Shown here piece after piece: positions 17,495-26,573 of a stretch of 64,000 nt of DNA. The stretch is from a virus, in the IMG/VR virus record IMGVR_UViG_3300042876_000313, positions 12,617 through 76,616 of that record. One strand, written 5' to 3'. The notes under the pieces are model-generated. The model saw nothing but the letters and a program-made list of their open reading frames with translations. It did no database searches and was not told the DNA's origin. Both the position numbers and the translations under genes were made by a program. Every line of letters starts with the position of its first letter. Positions within the stretch are counted from its first letter, which is position 1.

Positions 17495-17610
17495 AATCAA
17501 AAAGCCATCGCCACGAACGTAAGACGCGGCGGGGTGGGGGAGATTCCGCCGAACGTGGCGATGGCCAAATGTTGTTGGGTTGTCTGCATGGGACGGGTCT
17601 TACTCCGTCG
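17495..17610 (-). promoter_or_regulatory. Structured attenuator/antisense-like leader 2 with 30-aa leader peptide
   Basis: GACGG-AGTAAGAC-CCGTC hairpin whose loop is complementary to the GTCTTAC bulge in a 12+6-bp hairpin followed by a U-tract. Confidence 0.55.
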
Positions 17611-17645
17611 TTCGACCGGCGTGTTATTTGGACGGCTTGAAAAGT

Positions 17646-18584
17646 TTACGAAACCGGCGCAGCCCCTCGTTGATCGTCCACGTCTTGGGGTGGCCTCGAT
17701 GAACCATCACCTCCAGAAAGTCCCGGTTCTCCGGGGTCGGCCTGAACGTCATTCCCGGCCTGTTTTCCGAATTGCTCTGTGTTTTTTTCATTCGTTTGTA
17801 TTACAAGTAATTCACGATTGGCCATCTTGTCAACATTTTTTATGGAATTTTCTTTGAGCCTTTTCAACTCGTTGTAAACCTCAACCTGTTTCACGTCATC
17901 CCAAAGGTGGAAGTAATACTGCGGCTTGGCGTTTTTCGAGCGGTAAATATTGCGGGCGGCCAGCACGGCTGGCATTTGTTCGATGCGCGTCCGGGCGGCC
18001 CGGACAGCGGACAATTTGATGTTCCACCGCTTGGACAACTCGACCGCGCTCTTGCGCCAGTCCATGTCGTACCACCGGCTCCCGGCCACGTACACGTCCG
18101 AGACGTTATGCTTGGCCGTCCGGTAGCGCAGTTTTTCGCACGCCTTGGCGACCTGGCCGGGGGACACATGGCAGGCAACGGCGATCTCGTCAATCGAGTA
18201 CGCCCGGTTCTTATTTTTGATTAGCCGGATGTAATCATCCAGCACCTTCAACTTCTCGGTGGCCGACATTTCGCTGAGTTTGGGAATCTTGGTCAGGGAC
18301 TTGCCCCACATGAAGATCGCCTCGACCGACGTGAACGCGGACAGCAGTTTGTCCGGGCATGTGTCCAGCATATACATGAACCAGATTACCCGCTTCACCA
18401 GCTTGTCGCACTCCCGCTTGCCTGCCGCCACCAGCGGCCAGTGGCCGGCGGAAACTCCAGTCAACAACCGGAACTGTTGCTGGGTGAATCGGTCGGACAG
18501 GTGGGAAACCATCGCCGCGAATTCCTCCATGCTCGGCTCAAACGATGTGTCCAAGAGTTCAGAGTCAGAATTGCTGTTTGCCAT
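17646..18584 (-). CDS. Multi-HTH transcriptional regulator (putative)
   Basis: Three HTH-like segments: TQQQFRLLTGVS, SIDEIAVACHVSPGQV, DWRKSAVELSKRWNIKLSAV; first gene of the leftward operon. Confidence 0.5.
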   Translation of the reverse strand: MANSNSDSELLDTSFEPSMEEFAAMVSHLSDRFTQQQFRLLTGVSAGHWPLVAAGKRECDKLVKRVIWFMYMLDTCPDKLLSAFTSVEAIFMWGKSLTKIPKLSEMSATEKLKVLDDYIRLIKNKNRAYSIDEIAVACHVSPGQVAKACEKLRYRTAKHNVSDVYVAGSRWYDMDWRKSAVELSKRWNIKLSAVRAARTRIEQMPAVLAARNIYRSKNAKPQYYFHLWDDVKQVEVYNELKRLKENSIKNVDKMANRELLVIQTNEKNTEQFGKQAGNDVQADPGEPGLSGGDGSSRPPQDVDDQRGAAPVS

Positions 18585-18592
18585 AAATCATG

Positions 18593-18635
18593 TTGACTTT
18601 ATCGGTAACGTCCACGACATTCGGTTGGTTGTCAA
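18593..18635. promoter_or_regulatory. Overlapping divergent promoters with TTATCGGTAA box
   Basis: + TTGACT(18593)-N17-GACATT; - TTGACA(18635)-N17-GACGTT; box at 18599-18608. Confidence 0.65.
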
Positions 18636-19033
18636 TGAAAACCGTGATTCAGTTCATAGCCGCTGTGATCGTGGGCACGGCCTACGAGTGCTTCAAATTC
18701 GTCCAATTCAAGGCGTCTGGACTCTGGCTATCGGCCACCGGGAAGATTCCCCGTGTGTCCAAGGAATTGGCCAATGCTCGCCTCGCCGTGTGCCGCCAGT
18801 GCCCGATCTTCTATTCGCCCACCCAAACCTGCGGAAGCCCGTTCAATCGCAAAGCGCGGGCGCGGGGACGCCCCGCCGGGTGCCTGTGCTTCATGCCATT
18901 CAAGGTGAAGTTTGAGTGTAATTGCTGGCTGTGGGAGGAACTTCAATGCAACATGTTGACTCCCGAACAGAAGCAGGACTGGTTGTTTTCAGGATGGAAA
19001 GGCAGTTTGAACACCGACTATGCCGAAGGATAA
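18635..19033 (+). CDS. Cys-rich Zn-binding hypothetical protein
   Basis: RLAVCRQCP...CG...GCLCFMPFK...CNCW. Confidence 0.65.
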   Translation: MKTVIQFIAAVIVGTAYECFKFVQFKASGLWLSATGKIPRVSKELANARLAVCRQCPIFYSPTQTCGSPFNRKARARGRPAGCLCFMPFKVKFECNCWLWEELQCNMLTPEQKQDWLFSGWKGSLNTDYAEG

Positions 19034-19550
19034 TGGAAAAGACCTGGCCGCCGACGCGCTGGTAAAGGCCGGCGAAGTCGAGATCATGGCCCCGGAGATT
19101 CTCAAGCAGGCCCAGCTTGGGCTTGACCCGAATAAGTATTTCGCCCGCGAACAGGTTGGCAAAGCCCTGCTCGGTCATACCCTGGGCCTCACCGTGGCGT
19201 CCAATCTGAAAATGCGGGAGAACCTTGAACGGGCATCCGACACGCTGGTTGCCGACATCGTTGACCGGCCAATCCCGGAGAACGAGGAACTGGCCTGCAA
19301 GGTGATGAGCCTCAAGATTCGGGCGGCGTCCGGGCTGGCGATCCTGTCTGCCAGGCACATCAGTCTGACGATGGAACTGACCAATCTGGCGGAATTACAG
19401 GGGCGCGTTAATCTCAAGGGAGCCGCCAAATCACTTGCCCCGCAAACCTTTGTTGGCACGAATTTCGTGCAGATCAACGGCAACCAACCAACCGTTGCAT
19501 CGGAACCAAAACCAGTGGAAGATGATAGCGACAAAACGACGAATTTATGA
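19020..19550 (+). CDS. Hypothetical protein, possible terminase small subunit
   Basis: Helical protein with NFVQIN beta-tail reminiscent of TerS C-termini; no other TerS candidate seen. Confidence 0.35.
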   Translation: MPKDNGKDLAADALVKAGEVEIMAPEILKQAQLGLDPNKYFAREQVGKALLGHTLGLTVASNLKMRENLERASDTLVADIVDRPIPENEELACKVMSLKIRAASGLAILSARHISLTMELTNLAELQGRVNLKGAAKSLAPQTFVGTNFVQINGNQPTVASEPKPVEDDSDKTTNL

Positions 19551-20110
19551 ATACCATAACGTTCCCGATCCCAGTGGCACCGGCCCCGCCGGAAACGCCT
19601 GACCACGGCAAGATCATTCGCGCCGAACTGACTTTCCCGGCGGTGCCCGTCCAGTACGCCGACAACGATGCCATCGGTAGCGGGTACATTGAATTCCCGC
19701 TTTGCCCGAAGATTGACGGTGGCGCCGGGCTGATTGTCCACCTGGACATGATTACCGAAGTGGTCGCCGCCACGGCCTTGGAAGCGGAGCTTTGGATTTT
19801 CAACGCCCCGCCGACATCCCAGTTCGACAACGTGGGATTTATTAAGTCGGACGCGGATTTGGATCATCTGGTGGCAGTTCTGGCACTGGGCGATTCCAAG
19901 TTTGAATCCGCCGAGGAAGGGGGATACGCCGGGTATCCGTTCTACGGCGTCTATGCCACGGTCACGGCGTCGTCCTGCTGCGGCATCAGTCGGGCGTTCC
20001 GGTGCATGTCCGGGTCGAAGTCCCTTTACGGCGTTCTGGTTGCGCGTTCGCTTTACACGCCGGCAGCGAACGAGAAGCTGAAACTGAACCTGCATATCGT
20101 GCAGGGGTAA
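19547..20110 (+). CDS. Virion structural protein (putative)
   Basis: LWIFNAPPT...DN..F...SLYGVLVARSLYTPA beta-sandwich phage family. Confidence 0.55.
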   Translation: MNTITFPIPVAPAPPETPDHGKIIRAELTFPAVPVQYADNDAIGSGYIEFPLCPKIDGGAGLIVHLDMITEVVAATALEAELWIFNAPPTSQFDNVGFIKSDADLDHLVAVLALGDSKFESAEEGGYAGYPFYGVYATVTASSCCGISRAFRCMSGSKSLYGVLVARSLYTPAANEKLKLNLHIVQG

Positions 20111-20114
20111 TGGT

Positions 20115-20273
20115 ATGACTGGAATCCCGCTCATCCGAATTGCGGCCATGCTTCCGAAAGGAATCATTATCCCGCCGATGCCGCCGCCTCCGCAGGGAGA
20201 TGAAGGCGTCACGAACGAGGAAGGTGAGGTGGTGGTTAATGAATTTGGTGATGCGCCAATCGGTGGAGACTAA
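20115..20273 (+). CDS. Small Pro-rich/acidic protein preceding the fibre genes
   Basis: Own translation MTGIPLIRIAAMLPKGIIIPPMPPPPQGDEGVTNEEGEVVVNEFGDAPIGGD. Confidence 0.5.
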   Translation: MTGIPLIRIAAMLPKGIIIPPMPPPPQGDEGVTNEEGEVVVNEFGDAPIGGD

Positions 20274-20276
20274 AAA

Positions 20277-21890
20277 ATGATGAAAAAACATCTGTTGTTT
20301 TTGATGGTTTTTATCGCCGTCACGCTGATGACGACGTGCGCCACTGCGGCCACGAACGTCTGGCTTGGAGATCAAATCAAGACGAACTCGATATACCCGA
20401 CGAACTACGTCCAGTTGATGGTGCAGAGGCCGGGAACATCGGGAGCCGGGTCGAACGGTCTTTGGCGTTTGATTCGCGGCGACCAACTGATTTACAGCCT
20501 GATTAATTCCACGCAATTTGTCACGAACAGCGACGGAAAACTGGTCATTAAAGATGGTGCGTTCACGACCAACCAGACCTTGTTCAACCCGTACCTTAAC
20601 TACGACGGAGGTGGGGTCGGGTACATCGTCCAGGAACCTCGCAACGAAGGCATCTGGTGGTATCAAGACGTAAACGATTTCTTCAAGATTGACGCCACCA
20701 ACATTCAGGCGTACATACCAATTCGAGGTATTGATCCTGTTGCGACTAACGATCTGGTGACGAAAAACTATGCTGACGCCATTACTGGAAGCACAAACCA
20801 GCCACACATTACCGTTACCAATGGGATAAACTTTCTCACAAACGCTCCACTTAAGCTGTATGGCACAGGCTACGAAAGTGGAACCGATTATAGCTATGGT
20901 CGTTTTTCAATGACTTCAACTGGACTCAATATTTGCACTCTCAGAGCCGGTTCTTCCACGACCAATAATCAGGTGATTTATTTCTGCACAGATGGAACGA
21001 ATCGTTGGGGTATTAATCAAATTGGAAATTTTATTCCATTAGGAGCAGACGGTGCATATAACATAGGAAGTCTTACGTCTCCGAGAATTGGTGCTGTTTA
21101 TGGAAATATTATACAGTCTGTAAACAATATGGTTAGTGGAGCGGCGATAACTGCAACAACGCACTTTGAATCTCAAGGAAGGATTCAGTTGTCTGGTGGA
21201 GGGACGCAATACGGATTACTTCAACTAAACGCGGCAAATAACGGTGGGGCATTCATGCAAACCACAAACGCATGGGGTATCTCGTTTGGCACTTTCAACG
21301 CGGCGCACCCGTTCATCATGTCATCAAATCGCAATCTTGCTTTCACTCACGGAGGCGACCCGTCTGGAGCATCGGCAACAGTAGTGATTGATTCGATTAA
21401 CAACACGAATATGTTTCGCGGCTCCACCACCATCACCAACCTCACAAACTCAGGCCCAGTGGCGTGGACTTATGGCGGCCGTTGCACTATGATTATCAGC
21501 AATTCAACCGTGCAGTTTGACACGACGGTAACACCTATCGCACTCAGCAACTACACGCGCACGACGGTTTCTCGAAACATCGGAGCAGATTTGACAGCGG
21601 GAACCTTGCAACTCACAAATGCTGGGACGTACATGGTTTATTTCAATCTCTCTTTTGAGACGACCACACAGCCAGCGGACGCGGTTGCGGAAGTGTACTT
21701 GGACAGCACAGCTACTGGCTTGCGCTTCAAACGCGACATGACCGCGAACAGCGCATCTGGTAGCGCGACCATCAGCGGATTGATTACCGCAACCGCTGGC
21801 CAGTTGTTGTCGGTTAAAATGTCCACAACCTCGACAGAAACTATGATTGTCCGTTGCGCTCAGTTAACAGCTAAACAAGAACCTGATTAA
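20277..21890 (+). CDS. Signal-peptide-bearing fibre-like protein with C1q/BclA-type C-terminal head
   Basis: MMKKHLLFLMVFIAVTLMTTCATA signal; DLVTKNYAD fibre motif; AGTYMVYFNLSF...SATISGLITATAGQLLSV. Confidence 0.7.
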   Translation: MMKKHLLFLMVFIAVTLMTTCATAATNVWLGDQIKTNSIYPTNYVQLMVQRPGTSGAGSNGLWRLIRGDQLIYSLINSTQFVTNSDGKLVIKDGAFTTNQTLFNPYLNYDGGGVGYIVQEPRNEGIWWYQDVNDFFKIDATNIQAYIPIRGIDPVATNDLVTKNYADAITGSTNQPHITVTNGINFLTNAPLKLYGTGYESGTDYSYGRFSMTSTGLNICTLRAGSSTTNNQVIYFCTDGTNRWGINQIGNFIPLGADGAYNIGSLTSPRIGAVYGNIIQSVNNMVSGAAITATTHFESQGRIQLSGGGTQYGLLQLNAANNGGAFMQTTNAWGISFGTFNAAHPFIMSSNRNLAFTHGGDPSGASATVVIDSINNTNMFRGSTTITNLTNSGPVAWTYGGRCTMIISNSTVQFDTTVTPIALSNYTRTTVSRNIGADLTAGTLQLTNAGTYMVYFNLSFETTTQPADAVAEVYLDSTATGLRFKRDMTANSASGSATISGLITATAGQLLSVKMSTTSTETMIVRCAQLTAKQEPD

Positions 21891-21895
21891 AGAAT

Positions 21896-22306
21896 ATGAA
21901 AAAAACTCTGTTATTTTTACTGGCGAGTGTTTGTGTCTTAACCGCGCAGACGCCGAACACAAATGACATCAAGGCAACTTGGAATGTGCCTTGCCAGTAT
22001 TCCACCAACCAATGGACGGCTTTGGTTTGGCAATATCGGAATTTGACGAATTCAATTCCTTTGGTTACGAATGTTGTGCAGGGAGTTTCAACCAACGTCA
22101 CCACATCAACACCAGTCCCGTCAATAACTGACTGGCATATTGCAAACGTGCGCCGGATGTCAGGTCAAATGGCTGACTCATACGTTGAACAGCGCAAGGC
22201 CGCTGAGACTTCGGTTTCAGGTTGGATTTCACTTCGGGACGCTTGGGCCGACCTTACGCCGGCCCAACGCACGGCGGTTCTTAACGCGGCGGGATTGAAT
22301 CCTTAA
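21896..22306 (+). CDS. Secreted small protein (possible fibre chaperone)
   Basis: MKKTLLFLLASVCVLTAQ signal peptide; lies between the two fibre paralogs. Confidence 0.65.
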   Translation: MKKTLLFLLASVCVLTAQTPNTNDIKATWNVPCQYSTNQWTALVWQYRNLTNSIPLVTNVVQGVSTNVTTSTPVPSITDWHIANVRRMSGQMADSYVEQRKAAETSVSGWISLRDAWADLTPAQRTAVLNAAGLNP

Positions 22307-22321
22307 CCAAAAACCGGGAAA

Positions 22322-25276
22322 ATGAAAAGGCTATTACCGATTCTGATGGTTCTGTTTATGGTCGCGCTGGTGACTTCCTGCGCGACTGCGGCAACGAATG
22401 TTTGGCTTGGAGACCAGGTGCGTACTAACTCGATTAAGCCCACAAATTACGTTCAGTTGATGGTCCAGCGTCCAGGAACGTACGGAACTGGATCAAACGG
22501 ACTTTGGCGCCTTATTACCGGGGCCGACTTCATCAGCAGCCTTGGCTTGGCCACGGACACGGAATTGCAGAACGGAACGAATTCGGTCAAGAACTGGGCC
22601 ATTACCGCGCTTGGATCAAACCAGTTCAATACGACCCAGTTCGCTACCAATGGATCAGGAAAGGTGACGATCAAGAACGGGGCATTTCTGACCAACACGA
22701 CCGAGTACGCGCCATACCTGACGTACAACGATGGCTCCGGCTACAACACCGTCATTGAGCCTAGAAACAATGGTACGTGGGCGTACAATGATGTAACCGA
22801 TTTTTGGAAATTTGACACGACAAACTGGACGTTTTTCCAATCAGTTTCCGGGCCGACACCAACCCAGCCCAGCAATCTCGTAACCAAGGCATACGCGGAC
22901 AACCTGACCAATGGGCTTGGAAGCGCGTACAATCCGCTGGTCAACTCCAACTTTTTTATTATCTACGCCACCGGACAGGGCACGAATACCTTGGGTGGAG
23001 GAACCAACATCCTGGTGCTTTGCGAGAATTCCAGCAGCACTAACACCGTGATTTTGCCAGTGTCCCCTACCAAAGGTCAGGAGGTGATCGTGAAGCACTG
23101 GGCCGGGTCATGGAGCCATTCGTCGGTGGTAATTGATGGAAATGGGAAGTTTATTGACAACTTCAACTCGCTTGAATTGACGAATTACCACGAATCTGTT
23201 TGGCTGATTTACAGCACGAACGCTTCAAGGTGGTTCATTGTCTCGCACGTAAACGAAACGCAGACCGGAACTGGAACCGGAGCCACCAACACCTTCGACT
23301 CAAACTTCACTCTGACGGACGGAACCAATGTGCATCTGGCGGTTGGTGGAAGTTACTCAAATTCATGGTTAAATATTCCCGTCACAAAAGGAAATGTAAA
23401 GTTTTTCTCAAGCCTTATTAATTTTTACAGCGATATGAATGTTATTATTCCTGGAGTGCTGACAAACTTTACCACTTATGGAAAAATGGAGAACGGTAAA
23501 TTTACATATCCAGCAATCGTCGCCAGTGGGAATGGTGTATTAGGTGAATCTCCTGGTCTTGAAGTAACATACCACGCAAGCATCGGAGGACTGCTTCAAG
23601 TCGAAGGCACCACCAACCTTAACGACTGGGCTAGGCTTGGGACGAATGTGCTGGGTTCTGGTGGAGTTGCAACCAATGTTTCAACCAACATGGTCGGAAT
23701 GACTTGGTGGAACCTGAAAGACCACGGAGCGAAGTTTGACGGGGTATTGCTGACTAACGCGGCTTGGACTTTGAACGGGACAAATCTGGTCTGCACCAAT
23801 GCGACTTTTGGGACTGGTGATGTTGGGAAGCTGGTGTTTATATACGGAGCAGACGCCAGCAATACCAACTGGACTGGATACATCCACACTTACGTCAATA
23901 TTCACACGGTTGCGATAAACCGGGCGATAATCGGAGGTGCATCTTTTAACGAAGGAACTGGTAAGGTTGTATATGGAAGCAACGACCAAGATGCGTGGCA
24001 GCTTGCTTTCGACCAAGTGACGAATGGGAGCGTTACGATCTATGCTCCGAATGGAATATCCGTGGTTGGCGGGAGCTTTTCTGCTACGAAAAACTCACTA
24101 ATTGCTGTTCCAGATGTTGGGTATTATGGAACCATTGTCCCGACTCTGCGCGTGGTTGGTGAGTCTGCGCCGTGGTCGGGTTACACCGGCCCAGGCTCCT
24201 TGGCGCAGTGGACGCACCAAGGATCAGCGATATGGTGCGTGGTTACGGGTAACGGAACGAACCAAACGCTTATTTCGTCAACCAACGTCACCAACCCTTA
24301 CGAGATGGGCGGTGACAAGTGGAACAATGTTCGCGTCCGGTTTGAGAACATCGGGTTTCGATTGCTGCCAAACCCGCAGATGTCATGCCTTAATTTGTCG
24401 GAAGCTTGCACGGCAGACTTGTTTAACACCTATGTTGATACCGGCTGGGTTGGATACACCGGGCCAGCACCAACCTGCGTGAATTCGGTTGCGGTAAAGC
24501 TTCCGCGAACGAACAACAGCGGAATCGGGATTAACCGGCTGGATCAGGTGAATGTTTGCGGGACTTACGTTGGCATTGACTCCTACGAGGGCGTATGGGG
24601 GTCACAGATCGGAATCATGTCTGGAATTATCGGATTGCGCCTGAATGGTTCCTACCATGCCGCAACCTACACCGACGTTATCATCACCGGAAATTCCACA
24701 AACATTTACGTCACTGGAGCGAACCGGACGACGATTGCAAACTTCAAAACCGAACACGCATCCGATGCCCAATGGTACGGAACCGACGTTGACCTGTACG
24801 ACCCAAGCAACTATTTGAAAGGCTCAATTAGCTGGGCGGTTGTGAAGGCCGGCGTTGGCATAGACAGCACTTGGACGCAGGTTGGTGGAACGAATTGTGT
24901 GGTGGTTGAGATGGGAAAATCTCCGGTTGTGAAATACGCAGGCCATTACGATGACGGCTCTTTGTCAAACGTGTTCGGTGGCTCTTACGTTGCTCTGACT
25001 ACTAACGCCCCAAGTGACGGGCAGGTATTGACCGCAACTGGAAGCAAGGCGAAATGGGCAGTTGCCGCTGGATCACAGACTCCGTGGACTCAGGATGTAA
25101 ATGCGGCTGGCTATGCGCTGACGAATCTTAACGGTCTGTTTGTTACTGGGACAAACCTTCCCGCGAGCAGCATGGGAAATGGTGAGGTTCAACTTTACAA
25201 CTCCAACGGGGTTCTTTACGCAATCTGCAAAGACCTTGGAGGAAACGCTACTACGAACAAACTTGCGCCACCATGA
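22322..25276 (+). CDS. Signal-peptide-bearing tailspike/fibre with pectin-lyase-like beta-helix
   Basis: Signal MKRLLPILMVLFMVALVTSC; N-terminus paralogous to 20277; NLVTKAYAD; T4 gp9/10-like TVILPVSPTKGQEVIVK...SVWLIY...W; NLKDHGAKFDG...NDQDAWQLAFD...TIYAPNG beta-helix start; SQTPWTQDVNAAGYALTN. Confidence 0.75.
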   Translation: MKRLLPILMVLFMVALVTSCATAATNVWLGDQVRTNSIKPTNYVQLMVQRPGTYGTGSNGLWRLITGADFISSLGLATDTELQNGTNSVKNWAITALGSNQFNTTQFATNGSGKVTIKNGAFLTNTTEYAPYLTYNDGSGYNTVIEPRNNGTWAYNDVTDFWKFDTTNWTFFQSVSGPTPTQPSNLVTKAYADNLTNGLGSAYNPLVNSNFFIIYATGQGTNTLGGGTNILVLCENSSSTNTVILPVSPTKGQEVIVKHWAGSWSHSSVVIDGNGKFIDNFNSLELTNYHESVWLIYSTNASRWFIVSHVNETQTGTGTGATNTFDSNFTLTDGTNVHLAVGGSYSNSWLNIPVTKGNVKFFSSLINFYSDMNVIIPGVLTNFTTYGKMENGKFTYPAIVASGNGVLGESPGLEVTYHASIGGLLQVEGTTNLNDWARLGTNVLGSGGVATNVSTNMVGMTWWNLKDHGAKFDGVLLTNAAWTLNGTNLVCTNATFGTGDVGKLVFIYGADASNTNWTGYIHTYVNIHTVAINRAIIGGASFNEGTGKVVYGSNDQDAWQLAFDQVTNGSVTIYAPNGISVVGGSFSATKNSLIAVPDVGYYGTIVPTLRVVGESAPWSGYTGPGSLAQWTHQGSAIWCVVTGNGTNQTLISSTNVTNPYEMGGDKWNNVRVRFENIGFRLLPNPQMSCLNLSEACTADLFNTYVDTGWVGYTGPAPTCVNSVAVKLPRTNNSGIGINRLDQVNVCGTYVGIDSYEGVWGSQIGIMSGIIGLRLNGSYHAATYTDVIITGNSTNIYVTGANRTTIANFKTEHASDAQWYGTDVDLYDPSNYLKGSISWAVVKAGVGIDSTWTQVGGTNCVVVEMGKSPVVKYAGHYDDGSLSNVFGGSYVALTTNAPSDGQVLTATGSKAKWAVAAGSQTPWTQDVNAAGYALTNLNGLFVTGTNLPASSMGNGEVQLYNSNGVLYAICKDLGGNATTNKLAPP

Positions 25277-26265
25277 TAACATTTTTCACACTACTGCTTA
25301 CAGCCTGCGCCTGCTTTGGGCAACTGATAATTCGCAATCAAGCCCCAAGCATTGCGCCATCCATCTCCACGCAGCCAACGAACCAGACCATTCTTACTAA
25401 CCAGAACGCATCATTCACGGTGGTCGCAACTGGAACGCCAACACTCTATTACCAGTGGCAGACAAATAGCGTCAATGCTTATGATGGAGGGCGCATTTCA
25501 GGGTCAACCACAACTCAGTTGACCTTTACGGCGGCAACAATAGCGGACAGCAATACGCTGGTGCGCTGCATTATAACTAACTCAATCGGAAGCATCACCA
25601 GCGATGTTGCCACGCTTACAGTTACAAATGGTGTTGCAAGCACGAACTTTCTGCCTTCTGACATTGCAACACTTGGCGGTTGGTATGTTTACACCAACTA
25701 CTACACGAACGGATCAACTGCAACACTTCCAGACTTGTCAGGAAATGGTCGAGAACTGACGCAAACCACATCCAGCTACATGCCATCAACAAATTCAGAT
25801 GGGCTTATTTTTGGAAACGACACTTCTCTTTCAAAAGCGTCAATTACAAACACACTTCCCATTGAAGTGTGGGTGGTTTGCAATATTACGAACCGTGGAG
25901 GGAACGAGTTAATCTCGGCAATTAATCGGGCGGAACCTTTGGCTGCAACTTATCAGCCTGGATCAACAAGAATTATAGCATACCCATCGGCAGTGCTTTC
26001 ATTCACAAACACAAACACATGGATGGTGTTGAGTTATTTTTACAGCGCGGCTGGTGCTGGTAATATCAGCTTTAACAACGGAACAACTAACACCTCCGGC
26101 ACTGTTACAGTCGCGTTGAAGCAAATTGACCTTGGAGACTCGCTTAGGAACAGCCCATTTTGGGGCGCGATTAAAGAGGTTGTAGTTTATACAAACTTAA
26201 ACTCTGGCGCGGACAAGTTGAAGATTTATCAATACATGACGAACCGATGGGGATTTTCTCCGTAA
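25273..26265 (+). CDS. Secreted Ig (I-set) plus ConA/LamG-like protein
   Basis: Signal peptide; APSISTQPTNQT...FTVVATGTPTLYYQW...RCIITNSIGSITS; PDLSGNGRELTQ...GAIKEVVVY...YMTNRWG. Confidence 0.75.
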   Translation: MITFFTLLLTACACFGQLIIRNQAPSIAPSISTQPTNQTILTNQNASFTVVATGTPTLYYQWQTNSVNAYDGGRISGSTTTQLTFTAATIADSNTLVRCIITNSIGSITSDVATLTVTNGVASTNFLPSDIATLGGWYVYTNYYTNGSTATLPDLSGNGRELTQTTSSYMPSTNSDGLIFGNDTSLSKASITNTLPIEVWVVCNITNRGGNELISAINRAEPLAATYQPGSTRIIAYPSAVLSFTNTNTWMVLSYFYSAAGAGNISFNNGTTNTSGTVTVALKQIDLGDSLRNSPFWGAIKEVVVYTNLNSGADKLKIYQYMTNRWGFSP

Positions 26266-26316
26266 CACGAATATGAGAGAGCGCATTTAAACATTAAAAC
26301 AAAGCAATAGGGTGAA

Positions 26317-26571
26317 ATGGATATGCAAAATATACTCGCAGCATCAGCGTACCCACTCATAGGGGCCAGCACGGCGTTACTGGCATTTGGGGAGTCGGCA
26401 GTGCCGTTTGCTACGGTAGTTGCCTGCCTGGTATTCGTCTGGAATCAATCGGCCAAGTTCCAAAAGGCCATTGACCAGATTGAACACTTGGCTGACAAAT
26501 TCGACCATTTGCCTTGCGCCAAGTGCGAGGATCACTGCAAGATAGAGCGCGGCGTAGGGCCGCACAGTTGA
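26317..26571 (+). CDS. Small membrane protein (lysis cluster)
   Basis: Two hydrophobic segments followed by a short coiled coil. Confidence 0.55.
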   Translation: MDMQNILAASAYPLIGASTALLAFGESAVPFATVVACLVFVWNQSAKFQKAIDQIEHLADKFDHLPCAKCEDHCKIERGVGPHS

Positions 26572-26573
26572 CC

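Noticed and set aside
20330-22950. Repeated DNA between the two fibre genes as DGR template/variable repeat or invertible cassette
   Set aside because: Differences are mostly synonymous at all bases rather than adenine-specific, lie at the 5' ends, and no reverse transcriptase or invertase is present; ordinary paralogy
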